Of a stretch of 64,000 nucleotides of DNA, positions 1 through 13,368 are shown piece by piece. The stretch covers positions 69,812,001 through 69,876,000 of the forward strand of contig OZ024744.1 of NCBI GenBank assembly GCA_964016885.1, given 5' to 3'. Position 1 is the stretch's first letter. Every line of letters begins with the position of its first letter. Under the pieces are notes generated by a model that was not told the origin of the DNA, made no database searches, and was given only the letters and a program-made list of their open reading frames with translations. Source of the stretch: Eledone cirrhosa (taxonomy: Eukaryota). A program made the position numbers and the translations under genes.

Positions 1-145
1 TATTCTCCTTTCCGTGACACTCACTCAGTCATCTTTTTTTTTTTTTTTTTTTTTTTTGTCTCTATAAGCCTAACTAACCAATTTGTCCTTCCTTACAAAT
101 TGTTCAATTTAAATATCGAACTCTTATTTATCTATCTATCTATCT

Positions 146-495
146 CAGAGGTTCTCAAACTTTCTGGGCTACCGACCTCCTCACGGCCACGTAATACCCT
201 CAGTGCTCCCACCCCTATTTCCTGAGAGACCTGCCTACATGCAAATTGTAAATAATATATAATAAATAAAATCGTTAATTTATATATACTAAATAATATA
301 ATATATATTATATATAAATAATTATTATATATTTTATATTTTACTTTATATAATAAGTATCATTTGATATTTAATACATTGTTGTATCATTTCTACCACC
401 CTGCTCCCGCTCCCACTGCCACCTTAGGTTCCCAGCGCCCCCTGGACCTTCTCAACGCCCCTGGGTGGACGGTAGCGCCTACTTTGAGAATTCTG
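146..495. mobile_element. hAT-like non-autonomous MITE
   Basis: Imperfect TIRs CAGAGGTTCTCAAA ... TTTGAGAATTCTG; flanks ATCTATCT / ATCCCTCT (6/8 match, possible 8-bp TSD); AT-rich non-coding interior. Confidence 0.6.
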
Positions 496-507
496 ATCCC
501 TCTATCC

Positions 508-553
<46 letters not shown>

Positions 554-592
554 ATGTCTATCTATCTATCTATCTATCTATCTATTTATCTA

Positions 593-785
593 GGCGATGG
601 ATTGGCAGAACCGGTAGAGCGTCAGACGCCATGCTTTCCAGCATAGTTACGTTCCTTTACGGTCTGAGTTCAAATCCCGCCGAGGTTAACTTTGCCTTTC
701 ATGCTTACGGGTTCGATGAAATAAAGTACCAGTAATGCACAGGGGTAATTGCTGGCCTTGTGCCAAAAGTAGAAACAATTATTAC
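593..785 (+). mobile_element. tRNA-derived SINE, full-length reference copy of the dominant family
   Basis: Pol III A box TGGCAGAACCGG, B box GAGTTCAAATCC, central GCCTTTCAT..GGG.TCGAT.AAATAAAGTACCAG, tail GGCCTTGTGCC..AAGTAGAAACAATTATTA; many other copies in the window. Confidence 0.9.
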
Positions 786-1180
786 GCCCTTGTGGCAAAT
801 AAAGAAATCTATCTATCTATCTATCTATCTATCTAGTGCTCGGGCGACTCTAGGCGTCGAAGACGACGAGTTCACCAGTCTGTTCGGTAGGACTTTCCGC
901 TCGAGACCTATGGACAACTTCCAGAGGTCCCTAGCCTGCAATGCTACCGAGGAGCTCTACCCGTTCGAGATAATATCTACAAGTACGGACGCCCCAACAG
1001 GGATCCTTCCAAGAGGACATTCCAAGATGCAAGCAGGACATTGAAACCGTCTTGCACTGCCCGGGCGTAAGCGACCTATGGAACTATGCAGAACAACTGC
1101 TGTCGCGTATGGGACAAATCCAGTTGACTGCCGAGTCCATAGTAAGGATCAAACCGCCAGCCTCTTTCAAAAACGAGAGC
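786..1180 (+). mobile_element. Tx1/L1-clade LINE 3' fragments in (TCTA)n
   Basis: Very short tail GCCCTTGTGGCAAATAAAGAAA-(TCTA)n, then frameshifted LGVEDDEFTSLFGRTF..MDNFQRSLA and HCPGVSDLWNYAEQLL, homologous to ORF2 at 61001-61981. Confidence 0.85.
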
Positions 1181-1327
1181 TGGTTAATTATAATAATAGA
1201 TGAAGAGAATATGGATACATTAAGAACAGATGATGCTAAAAAATCTTCAATTAAAGTTAAAATAATATGACCAGTACTAATATTAGCAACAATTCGAATA
1301 ACTAAAGTGATAGGTTGTACTATAATA

Positions 1328-1500
1328 CTGTATTCCCCGGCGTCGAAGACGCTACTTTTTTCCTAAAATAAGTCTTAAAAAATCTACCATACGTCATGGA
1401 GGCCGAAGGTTATTTATTATCTTTTTTTTTCAAATTTTTGGTTGTCAAAATTAGGGAGTCGTCCACGAGGATGAAGTGTCTTCGGCGCCTGGAAATACGG
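1328..1500. mobile_element. Tc1/mariner-pogo type MITE
   Basis: TIRs CTGTATTCCCCGGCGTCGAAGAC / GTCTTCGGCGCCTGGAAATACGG with TA on both sides; second copy at 55728-55897. Confidence 0.85.
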
Positions 1501-1724
1501 TACTTAGAAATTCAATTTGAGGAATAAGTATACATGAAATTAGTAATCATATTTGGGAACTAATGCATATGTGTTTGTGATATATTCAGTTTATGAGGGT
1601 GTATGTAAGATTAGCGTATGTAATATGTGATGTATATGAGTGTATAGTGGTTTGTATGTGGTTTGATAGGCTGTATTGGGGTAAACGTCGCTGCACTGTT
1701 CAAACCTAAGGGAACACACATACA

Positions 1725-1755
1725 GACAGAAAGGAAGGAGAAAAAGAAAGAAAGT

Positions 1756-1787
<32 letters not shown>

Positions 1788-1941
1788 AAGAAAGTAAGAA
1801 AGAAATAAAGAAAGAAGAAAGAAAGAATGAAAGAGAAAAAAAGAAAAAGAATGGAAGAAAGGAAGTAAGAAAAAAGGAAAGAAACAAAAGAAATGAAGAA
1901 TGAAAGAAAGAGCGAAAAGAAGAAGAAAGAAGAAAGAAAAA

Positions 1942-1973
<32 letters not shown>

Positions 1974-2228
1974 AAAGAAAAATACTGAAAAGTGAAGAAA
2001 AGGACGAAAGAAAGAAAAAGAAAGAAGGAGAGAAGGAAAAACTGAAGAAAGAAGGAATGAAAGCAAGCAAAGAAAAGAAGAAAAAAACTGAAAAATGAAG
2101 GAAAGGACGAAAGAAAAAAAGAAAGGAAAGAAGGAAAGACTGAAGAAAAAAATAATGAATGAATGAACGAATGAATGAAAGGAAGAAAAAGAAAGAACGA
2201 AAGAAACAAGAAAGAATGAAGAGAGGAA

Positions 2229-2268
<40 letters not shown>
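1725..2268. repeat. (GAAA)n-rich purine tract
   Basis: Degenerate GAAA/GAA repeats; the overlapping F/S/L-rich ORFs are artefacts. Confidence 0.95.
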
Positions 2269-2269
<1 letters not shown>

Positions 2270-2577
2270 TGGTAATTTTTTTTCTTTCTAGCAGAAATAA
2301 TTGTTTCTACTATTGGCACAAGGCCAGCAATTACCCAGTACATTACTGGTACTTTATTTTATAGACCCCGTAAGGATGAAAGGCAAAGTCAAATGTTGGA
2401 CGGAAAGATTGAAGAGTTTAAATATTTTATTTTATTTTCATTTATCATTTTACACATGCCAATTTTAATTTCTTAATTACGTCACCCAAACTCAACTTTG
2501 TGTCTCGCCAGTTTTTGTTGGCCATTGTTTTGTTGTTTTGTGTTTTTTTTAAATATTTTTCTTTGCCCTTATTTTTC

Positions 2578-2620
<43 letters not shown>

Positions 2621-2781
2621 TGTGTGTGTGTGTGTGTGTGTGAAAAATAACAACATATATATATATATATGTATGTATATAATTTTATTTATATATATAT
2701 ATATCATATATTACATATATTATATATATACAAAATACAAAATATAAAACAATCAAATTTTAGTTTAATAATACATTTAAT

Positions 2782-2828
2782 TGCTGACTATTGTTTCTTC
2801 CAGACAAATGTCTGGAATCATCGGAGCA
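2782..2828 (-). ncRNA. Type I hammerhead ribozyme-like motif (U4C core)
   Basis: Minus strand: UGCU CCGAUGA UUCCAGAC-AUUU-GUCUGGAA GAAA C-AAUA-G UC AGCA. Confidence 0.65.
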
Positions 2829-3212
2829 TACACAATGTTTAAACAAGTAATTATAATCCTAGTCTTCAGAACATTGATAAAGATACAACATATTGAAAAG
2901 CAGGAGTGACAAAAAGATGTTATGTTACAGATATCACAGTATAAGGAGCAATGGTGAAGAGTGAAATATTGAGCATATTATATATAAAGATATTCTTTAA
3001 GTTAATACAGGTGCAAGAGATACCAAGGAAAAAGGTGTTACAGAAGATGGATAAAAGATATCATAGCATTAATAAAGGTAATATTAAAGGTATATAATGA
3101 AAAAAAATAATAATGGCATGCATGTGGTAAGAGTTATACTCCCCTTCATGTTTATTATATATAACTCATAATTGCTGGCCTTGTGCCATAAAGTAGAAAC
3201 AATTATTATTAC

Positions 3213-3287
<75 letters not shown>

Positions 3288-3329
3288 GTGTATGTATATG
3301 TATGTATGTATATATATGGGGGAGGGGGC

Positions 3330-3990
3330 GTGTAAAAAGGGTGATAACAGAAAACAAGACAGTTAAGTAAATTCAAACAAAGGAAAATTCCTTAAAAAGA
3401 TGAAACTTCCGGGGGTCACTCGAGGAGAAAGCCCCAAAATACCCAAGGTCACCCTGACTGGAAGGGAAAGTGCACCCTCCCAGTTGTTCTCCTCCAATCT
3501 ACAGGTGTACTCTCACCCACCTTTCAATAAACTGACAAGAAAGCAGCACTTCCCTTTCAAACCTGAAAAAGTTAATTAAAGCTTCGCCGAAGTGGAAAAT
3601 ACTTATCTTCAACCCTTGCAGACATGTCCCCCACATGACCTCTTTCGCCATGGCCACCTGGCAAATAAAAACTACCTGTCCTTCCCCTTTAAAAGATACC
3701 GGAAGGGTGATCACAATGAACTCAGTTGATAGTAGGATCTGTCTCACACATAACATCAAGTGCTCGACATAAACCCACAAGTCAGCAATACTCGAACACT
3801 CGGTGAGTCAGTGGAGGACGGTTTCGTTGCCCTGCTCATATCTGACGGCACATCCATGCCTCTAGAATTTATCTCAAACTGGAAAAGTTCGTCAATAACA
3901 CTGACAGGCCAGAGATTTCTGGAAATTACCCATGGGTCCTGGACCGAAGGTCCTCCCGAAAAGAGTGGCTAGTTGATTTTCGTAGACGCT
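3330..3990 (-). mobile_element. Diverged Tx1/L1 LINE 3' fragment
   Basis: WVYVEHLM..FKGEGQVVFICQVAMAKEVMW..FEREVL..FIERWVRV matches the ORF2 C-terminus. Confidence 0.8.
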
Positions 3991-4282
3991 CAAATTCTCC
4001 TAAAGAACGTTTTCATTTATACTCGCCACTAACACTAAGTGGCGGCGGCGGTTGTGGAGGACGAGGAGGTGGCAACAGCAGCAGCCTTGTTGGTAATGTC
4101 TATGGTGGTCACGTTGTTTGTGATATGACTTTCACGCCGCTGCCGCTGTATGTGGAGCGAGTCGTCGCCTCCATTTTTACAACAACAAAAAGAAAATGAT
4201 GACAAACAATTGTTTAAATGTGAGAAATCAACAAACTTACGCGAGCTTAAAATAATATGTCTCTACAAACCAATAATAATAA

Positions 4283-4805
4283 TAATTGTTTCTACTTTAT
4301 GGCACAAGGCCAGCAATTACCCAGTACATTACTGGTACTTTATTTTATCGACCCCCGTAAGGATGAAAGGCAAAGTTAACCTCGGTGGGATTTGAACTCA
4401 GATCATAAAGGCTCGTAACTCTATGCTGCAAAGCATGGCGTCCGACTCTCTACCGATACTACCAATCCACAATGATTTCTACTATAGGCACAAGGCCAGT
4501 AATTTTGGGAGTGGGAGAAAAGTCGATCAAATCAACCCCAGTGCATTACTGGTACTTTATTTTATCGACCCCGTAAGAATGAAAGGCAAAGCTAACTTCG
4601 GTGGGATTTGAACTCAGAACGTAAAGGGACGTAACTCTATTCCGCAAAATATGGTTTCCGGCGCTCTACCGATTACTGCCAATCCACTGCCCACCGAGAG
4701 TAATAATAATAATTGTTTCTACTATAGGCACAAGGCCAGTAATTTTCAGGGGAGGGGGAATGTCGATTAAATCTATCCCAGTGTATTTATTTTATCGACC
4801 CCCGT
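4283..4805 (-). mobile_element. Three tandem SINE copies separated by (AAT)n
   Basis: Reverse complement of the 593-785 family at about 4283-4470, 4472-4690 and 4710-4805 (truncated). Confidence 0.9.
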
Positions 4806-4817
4806 AATAATAAAAAC

Positions 4818-4891
4818 AATGACAACGACGACGACGACGATAATGATGATGATGGTGATGATGATGATGGTGGTGATGATGATGGTGATGG

Positions 4892-4952
<61 letters not shown>

Positions 4953-4997
4953 GGTGGTGGTGATGGTGGTGATGATGATGATGATGATGATGATGAC

Positions 4998-5063
<66 letters not shown>

Positions 5064-5106
5064 GGTGGTGGTGATGGTGGTGATGATGATGATGATGACG
5101 ATGATG

Positions 5107-5163
<57 letters not shown>

Positions 5164-5171
5164 GTGATGAC

Positions 5172-5209
<38 letters not shown>

Positions 5210-5268
5210 CGATGACGATGATGATGATGATGATGATGACGATGATGATGATGATGGTGATGATGATG

Positions 5269-5320
<52 letters not shown>

Positions 5321-5373
5321 CGATGATGATGATGATGATGATGACGATGATGATGATGATGGTGATGATGATG

Positions 5374-5405
<32 letters not shown>

Positions 5406-5443
5406 GATGATGATGATGGTGATGACGATGATGATGATGATGG

Positions 5444-5478
<35 letters not shown>

Positions 5479-5485
5479 GTGATGG

Positions 5486-5523
<38 letters not shown>

Positions 5524-5594
5524 GTGGTGATGACGACGATGATGGTGATGGTGGTGGTGGTGGTGGTGATGACGACGATGATGGTGATGACGAT
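4818..5594. repeat. (GAT/GGT/GAC)n trinucleotide microsatellite
   Basis: About 775 bp of GAT with GGT/GAC interruptions; the poly-His and poly-Met ORFs are artefacts. Confidence 0.97.
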
Positions 5595-5778
5595 TTCTTT
5601 TCTTGGTCACCAGGGCAAAAATATAAAAGTTTCTAATTTATGTACAAGATCAGCAATTTTGTGATGAATTATCGACACCAGAATATGACAGGTATCTTAT
5701 TTTGTCGACCTACGAAATGTGAAAGGTAAAGTTAAGCTCGGTTTGATTTGAGTTATCAACTGAAACAAATACTGAAAA

Positions 5779-5792
5779 TACACACACACACA

Positions 5793-5837
<45 letters not shown>

Positions 5838-7090
5838 GCGCGCGCACACGCATACACACATACACACACATACACACATACACACACACACATACACACA
5901 TACACATACACACACACATACACACAATTACACACACACACATACACACACATACACACAAATATACACACACACACACATACACACACACACACACACA
6001 TATATATACACACACACATTCATACACACGCACACACATACAAACACACACACATATACACACACACAATTACACACACGCGCACACAATTACACACATA
6101 CACACACATACACACAATTACACACACACACACACACACACACATACACACACATACATACACACACAATTACACACACACACACACACACATACACACA
6201 ATTACACACACACACAATTACACACACACATACACCCACACACATACACATACACACACATACACACACACACACACGCACTCACCACGCACACACAAAT
6301 TCACATACACACATACACATACACACACAAAAACACACGCACCATGCACATACATATACACAGCCATATCCTGCTCCCTCTACAGACATACACATGTACA
6401 CACACACACGCACACAAATACAAACACGTATAGACAGCAATGTACTGCTCCCTCAAACACACACATACACACACATGTGCACACGCTCACACAAAAAAGG
6501 ATACGCATACGCACATATACACAGCTATATACTGCTCCCTCTACAGACACATACACATGTACACATACACATGTACACATACACACAAACACATAACACA
6601 CATATACACAGCAATATACTGGCCCTCAAACACACACACACACATTTGTTTAGATGAATTCGTTACAATTTCAAGCACAATCAAAACACACACACAAACA
6701 GACACACAGAAACACACACACACACACAAACATACACACACAATCGCACACACACACACACACACATACATACACACACACACACAAATACACAAGTGCA
6801 TACACACACGCACACACACACACATGCACACATACACACACACGCACAAACGCACACACACACACGTACACACACACACACACACACACAAATACAGACA
6901 CGCACACGCACACACACACGCATACACACACGCACACACACACACAAACATACACACACACACAAACGCACACCCACACACACAGACACAAATACACAAG
7001 CGCATACACACACGCTCGCGCGCACACACAAACGCATACACACACACACGCATACATTACTTAGACATACATTCAAATACATACACACGC
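5779..7090. repeat. Degenerate (CA)n microsatellite
   Basis: CA-based low-complexity tract. Confidence 0.95.
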
Positions 7091-7440
7091 GGGTTCTTTT
7101 CAAGAAAAATATTCGACTAAATTGAAAAATCCTCGGCAATTTCCCGAGTATAAAATATTTCCCTAATTTAAGCTGTTCCCAATATAAAAATATATGGAAG
7201 GAGGGGCGAGAAGGGAGGAGAATTGTGATAGAAATGAAGAAAAGCCTTATTGGGTGTTTAGAAGTTTCACTAGATATCAGAATTAATGGGAAGAAAAACA
7301 CATGAGATGAAGAAATAAAGATATTTAAATGTTGTATTTGTAACCGAGTCTGGATGAAAAAAGTATTTTAATGATGAGAAGGAGAGGAGAGCAAGAGAGA
7401 GAAAGCCTATGTATTTATATATATATATATATATATATAT

Positions 7441-7866
7441 TTGCAGAAGTTATATTTAATTTGTTGGGATTCAACAAGCTTTAAAAAGTTGATAACTGAT
7501 ATAAAGCACTCAACAATGTCTAGGAACCATCGTTATACTTTCAGACGTTCAACCATCTGGCAGGAAGGTATACGTTGCTGACGATAGCTAATAAGCTTGA
7601 AACTAGTACAGCGTTTCTTTGTCAGTGTTGAACAAATGAGCAACGATGTTGCTAGACACTGTACGGCTTAATTCGGGATGTTTGTTTACAAACACACCGA
7701 GCATTATATCCATACGTACATATATATATGTGTGTGCATGTATGTATATATATATATATACTACTGTACGTCTGTATACATATATGTATGTACGTATACA
7801 TACTTATATTTAAGTAACAGCCGTACTAAGAGTGAGAAATGAAATTTCGTTTCATTTTTTCCGTTT
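7441..7866. mobile_element. (TA)n-flanked HHR element, apparently chimeric (family D arm plus a family C-like arm)
   Basis: 7535-7865 homologous to 45150-45440 and, reversed, to 44776-45063; 7445-7525 resembles 63401-63480. Confidence 0.75.
7572..7614 (+). ncRNA. Minimal type I hammerhead ribozyme (family D)
   Basis: ACGUUG CUGACGA U-AGCU-AAUA-AGCU-U GAAA CUAG UA CAGCGU; intact core, palindromic stem III. Confidence 0.88.
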
Positions 7867-7902
7867 ATATATATATATATGTATGTATATAAATGTATGT
7901 AT

Positions 7903-8929
7903 GTTTATCTCTTTCTCTTAATTTCGAGTATATTTTTTACCGGCCACCTCCCTGGTGGCAAGGTTGTAAAAGAAAAGAAATTGTTATCCCTTAAATCGCA
8001 AGAATGTTTTGCACATTTTGAAGGTGCCAGCTATCGCAGCCATTTGTAGACTATGAGTAGACTATGAGTTAGGGAGCTGCGCTCTTTGTCCGCAAATCCA
8101 AGTTCAGTTATACATCGGTCCAAGCGGCTTGGTATATAACCCGTAGCTCCAATAATAATGGGTATGAAGCTAAAGGTGTATCTTGGATACTGGATTTGCA
8201 AACTCCTCATCAATGGTCCGTAGATGTCCTCCTTCTCCTGTATTTTTTTGACAAAGTTTACATCAGGTGGGTAGCTGATCTCCACAACAGAACACGTTTT
8301 CAATGTGGGGTCCCAAACATCAATATCAGGCCGGTTGTGCTTTAATTTGGTGGCAGTTTTTATTTTCAGGTTCCACCAGTATTCTTTAGTGCCATCTGTC
8401 TCAATATATTCTTCCTCGTTTGTTTTTAATTTTGTTCTCCGAAGTGCGTTCCAGATGGTTCTAGCTATCCTATCGTGTCTCATGGGGAGGTAGTAGCGAG
8501 ATGACATTCTTTCGCAGCTGGCAACAATGAGGCTTACATCTTCCATCTTTGTTTTGCATAGCCTACATTTATTGTCAGCTGATGGCCCTGCTCTTTTGTG
8601 CAGCAGATATTTGGTAGGGAGTTCTTGTTCCTGTATTGCATAGAGATATCCCTCAAGGTGTGATGTCATAAACTTGTCGGAACTCCATGCCAGGCTTTTT
8701 GAGTGGTTTATCCCCTCTATGGTCTGTGTTTTACGTCTCAAGTATCCATGCACAACTTTTTCTGTAAATTGGTCAATTTTTTCATCGTGTTTGAACATTG
8801 AATAGGATCTTCCGAATTCTCTGGGTGAGAGATTTATATCAGGCTTTATTCCATATCTCTCCTCCTGATCAGTGGCTATCCTAATGATATTTTTTTCTTC
8901 GTGCTCATAAACCTGGGCAAGATGGTTGT
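7903..8929 (-). mobile_element. R4/Dong-clade RLE non-LTR retrotransposon, 5'-truncated
   Basis: AIQEQELPTKY, CCHC finger CRLCK..SLIVASC, RHD, HNRPDI..VVEIS restriction-like endonuclease; (CATA)n/(TATG)n on both sides; close to 54303-55632. Confidence 0.88.
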
Positions 8930-9234
8930 ATGTATATATGTTTGTATGTATGTATGTATGTATGTATGTATGTATGTATGTATGTATGTATGTATGTATG
9001 TATGTATGTATGTATAAATATATATGTATGTATATATATATGTATGTACATTCTTCTGGTTTTATAATTTCATAAAGTTTTACCAATAGAGAGAGAGTCG
9101 GTTTCTAACATTGACACAAGACTCTCTCATTGGAATTTACACATCAACTAGGTAGATTATGTATGCATGCATGCATGTTATTGTATGTGTAGATGTGTAT
9201 GTTTTGAGTTGTATGTGTGCATGTGTATATGCTT

Positions 9235-11340
9235 AGTATCTGTACATGTGTATATACAGTTATGAGATGCAAAAATGTTGGAATGTTTTACATATTTTTA
9301 CTGTTCCATTAATGGATTGTACTTGTAATTTCCTAACTAGGTGCGATCTTTCTGTTCCTGTGAAGCCTAGCTTCTCAAGATTTGTATTGAGGCAGTTACT
9401 AACATACCCCAGTGCCCCAATAATCACAGGCATAAATCTGAAGGTGTAATCAGGGTGGAGTATCTGCAGATTTCTCATCAGTTCTGCATAAATATTCTCC
9501 TTTTCACTAATCTTTGATATTATATTGGCATCTTCTGGGCAGCTAATTCCCACTACTGTGCATGCCTTCTTTTCCTTGTCCCATATCATAATATCTGGTC
9601 TGTTATGCCTGCATTTTATTGGATTTTACTGGAACATTCCACCAGTACTCTTTCATATTATGTACATGGATGTCTTCCACATTGCTGTAGCTTTTAATGT
9701 GTTTATTATCGGGGCTATCTTTTCTACGGATTGCATTGTATAGTGCTTTGGCCACTACATCATGCCTCATAGGTAGATAGTACCGCGATGACATCTTTGG
9801 ACAGCTACTTATGACATGGGTGACATCTTCGATGTTAGTTCTGCAGAGTCTGCACTTGTTATCACATCTAGGTGTTTTCCCTGCATCCCTATCTCTTTTG
9901 TGAATCAGGTATTTCGTGTTAATTTCCTGTTCTTGGATTGCAAAAACGTATCCTTCAAAGTGGGAGCCAATATAGCAGTTGTTGGTCCAAGATAGACTAC
10001 TTTCCTTATCTATATTACCCTCACTCTGAAGCTTCCTGGCAACATATCCACGCATGATGTTTTGCTGATAGGCATGCAGTTTTTCATCCATGGATTCACT
10101 GCGATACTGCTGAGCGACATCCCTGGGTGTGAGTTTTTGATTATCACACAGGGAATATCTCTCAAGGAGTTCCTTCCCAACTCTCATGATCTTATCTGTT
10201 TCATGCAGATAGACTTGCTCGAGAGACGGGCTCCTACGCTTTGAAATTCGTAGATGTTGTCGGAGGGATATGATGCGACATTCAAATGCTGTTGGGACTG
10301 ATGTTAGGCCTGCTTTCGTTTCAAGTAAAAGCGATCTATGTCACTGTTGATGTGGAAGTTTCCAGTGTTGTTTAGTATTTTTCGAGTTCTAACATCAATT
10401 GCTCGGATTTCGTCTATCGTCCAATTGAGTCCTCCAAACGTTGGTGTTAGGACAGGCACAGCAAACACATTGTGAGCCACTGTTTTGTTTTGCGCAGAGA
10501 GTTCCGATGACCAAATCTTTTTTAATCGCGTGTAGTATTCCCTGGTTACGCGTTCTTTATTACAGATACCATTATAGGATATGTTCTCATCTATCCCCAG
10601 GTATCTCTAACAGTCCTCATCAGATATCGGTGAAACAGTTAGGCCATTGATGACAATGTTGATAGATTGGGTTGTTGTTTTTCCCCACTTTACAGTCATA
10701 TATGAGCATTTATCTTGGCCAAACTCCATTCCTATATCCTTTGAGAACGTTGTAACCAGGTCAAGATTTTTCTTCATCCCATCCATGTTCTTGGCATAGA
10801 CTTTCAGATCATCTACAAAGAAATTATGGGTTAGGTTCGTATTTCTGTCCTCCTGTGAGCCAATGATGTATCCTTCACATTTCTTGAGCAGAAAGGATAA
10901 GGGGTTTATTGACAGGATGAATAATATCACAGAGAGACTGTCTCCCTGAAATATACCCCTGTGATATTTTATTTTATCTGTGAAAATAGAGTCCTCCTTC
11001 TCTGTCTTTAACTTTAGGATAGTAGCCCAAGAAGAAGACAGCTTCTCTATGGCTCTGATAATAATGTCTGGGACTTTAGCAAGTTGGTGGAACAGATTCG
11101 AAAGCTTTCTTGTAGTCCAGCCAGTCTGTATCCATATTCCTCCTAAGTTGTCGGACCTCCGACATCGCAGTTGTGTTGGATGGCCGTTGACTCTTATGAG
11201 TTTTTCCGCAGGGTGTCCAAAATCACCCTCATCACCAAGTAAACTAGGTGGAGTTGCCGGTTTAGTCGCCGATGATCCGACCATGAGACAGATTGTACTG
11301 GGTTACATGTTACCAGTAGCACTCAAGAGAAACCTGACAT
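9235..11340 (-). mobile_element. Second R4/Dong family, internally deleted and frameshifted
   Basis: RT motifs WLDYKKAF, GIFQGDSLS, FFVDDLK; CRLC..HVISSC, RHD and endonuclease segments; 11135-11340 looks like the element 5' end (MVGSS..GHPAEK) fused to RT. Confidence 0.85.
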
Positions 11341-11384
11341 ACATACATATGTATGTCAGGTTGCTCTCCATCTGTCTAACTCTC

Positions 11385-12405
11385 CTACTCTCACTCTCTC
11401 TTGTAAGTATTTATCTATCTCGCTTCTACTCCCTCTCTCTCTCTTCTACTCCTTCCTTCTCTCCTACTGTCTCTATTCTCTCTCTCCCTCTCTCTATCTC
11501 TCCTATTCTCTCTCCTACTCACTCTCTCCTATTCTCTCCCCTACTCTCTCTCCTACTCTCTCCCCTACTCTCTCTCTCCTATTCTCTCTCCTACTCTCTC
11601 TCTCTCTCCTATTCTCTCTCCTACTCTTTCGCCTACTCTCTCTCTCCTACTCTCTCTCTCCTATTCTCTCTCCTACTCTCGCTCATACTCTCTCTCTCAC
11701 TCCTACTCTCTCTCTCCTGCTCTCTCACTCCTACTCTCTCTCTCTCCTACTCTCTCTCTCTCTCCTACTCTCTCTCTCCTACTCTCTCTCCTACTCTCTC
11801 TCTCCTACTCTCTCTCTTCTACTCTCTCTCTCTCCTACTCTCTCTCTCACTCCTACTCTCTCTCTCCTACCCTCTCTCTCCTACTCTCTCCCTCCCACTC
11901 GCTCTCCTACTCTCTCTCTCCTACTCTCTCTCCTGCTCTCTCTCTCACTCCTACTCTCTCTCACTCTCCTACTCTCTCTCCTACTCTCTCTCCTACTCTA
12001 TTTTCTACTCTCTCCCCTACTCTTATCTTCCCCCCCCCTCTCTCTCTCTCTCTTATATACCCCTCCCTCTTTTACTTCTATATTCTACTCTCTCTCTCTC
12101 TCTTTCTTATACACTCTTCTGCCCCCTCTTCTACTCCCTCACTCTTTTGCACTCTCTCTCCTACTCTCTCTTACTCTCCCTCTCTCTCCTACTCTCTTTT
12201 ACTCTCCCCCTCTCTCTCCTACTCTCTCTTATTCTCCCTCTCTCTGCTACTCTCTCTCTCTTGCTCTCCCTTATTCTCCCTCACTCTCCTACACTCTCTT
12301 ATTCCCCCTCTCTCTCCTACTCTCTCTCTCGTATCCTCCCTCTCTCTCTCCTACTCTCCCTCCCTCTCTCTCTCCTACTCTCTAGCTTACTCTCCCTCTC
12401 TCTCT
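11385..12405. repeat. CT-rich minisatellite (CTCCTACTCTCT-like)
   Basis: Recurring CTCCTACT within (CT)n. Confidence 0.9.
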
Positions 12406-12688
12406 TCACAATACATGTTGTACATTACCTTCTAATCATTCTTGAAAGTTCAAGAATATTTTAAAGCAATAATTCTTTCGAATTTTAGTAAGTTCGTGGA
12501 GTGAGTGTGAGGGAGAGTGTGAGAGAGAGGGGGAGAGGGAGAGAGAGAGTGGGAGAGGGGAGGAGAGAGAGAGGGAGAGAGAGGAGCTTTTGAGCGAAAA
12601 GATGTTGAGGTAGGTCACTTACAGTCAGATACATATACACATACACAGGCATATACACATACTTATACACACACACATATATACACAC

Positions 12689-12754
<66 letters not shown>

Positions 12755-12779
12755 ATAGAAATTTATTGAGAAATGGGAA

Positions 12780-13222
12780 GTCACACACACATTACCACAC
12801 ACACACACACAGTCAAACACAGACACACACATATAGTCACACACACATAGCCACACACACACAGAGTCAAACACAGACACACACATATAGTCACACACAC
12901 ATAGCCACACACACACACACAGTCAAACACAGACACACACATATAGTCACACACACATAGCCACACACACACACAGTCAAACACAGACACACATATATAG
13001 TCACACACACATAACCACACACACACACAGTCACACAGACACACACATATAGTCACACACACACATAACCACACACACACACAGTCAAACACAGACACAC
13101 ACATATAGTCACACACACACACAGTCAAACTCAGACACACACATATAGTCACACACGTAGCCACACACACACAGTCACACAGACACACACATATAATCAC
13201 ACACACACAGCCACACTCAAAC
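12780..13222. repeat. About 45-50-bp CA-derived minisatellite
   Basis: Unit approx. ACACAGTCAAACACAGACACACACATATAGTCACACACACATAGCC, about 8 copies. Confidence 0.85.
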
Positions 13223-13368
13223 AATACAGGAAAGACTAAGAAGGACCAGATGAAAAGAGGAAAAGAAGGAGAAAGGGTGGGGGAGATACCTTAAGAGTTT
13301 TATTAGAAAGAAATTCTGTTATTGTCTGTTATTTGTTACATTCTGATATTAATTAATTAGTCCATCAC

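Noticed and set aside
593-690. tRNA gene
   Set aside because: A and B boxes belong to a SINE head; extended spacing and no cloverleaf
4020-4180. GC-rich minus-strand reading GGDDSLHIQRQRRESH..
   Set aside because: Frameshift right after the ATG, no recognisable homology or splice support
4792-5664. Poly-His and poly-Met ORFs
   Set aside because: Translations of a (GAT)n microsatellite
5697-7301. HT/CV-rich ORFs, here and at other CA, TA and GA tracts
   Set aside because: Dinucleotide repeats lack stop codons
10980-12464. 494-aa Ser/Leu-rich ORF
   Set aside because: Antisense of an R4 RT fragment running into a CT-rich repeat
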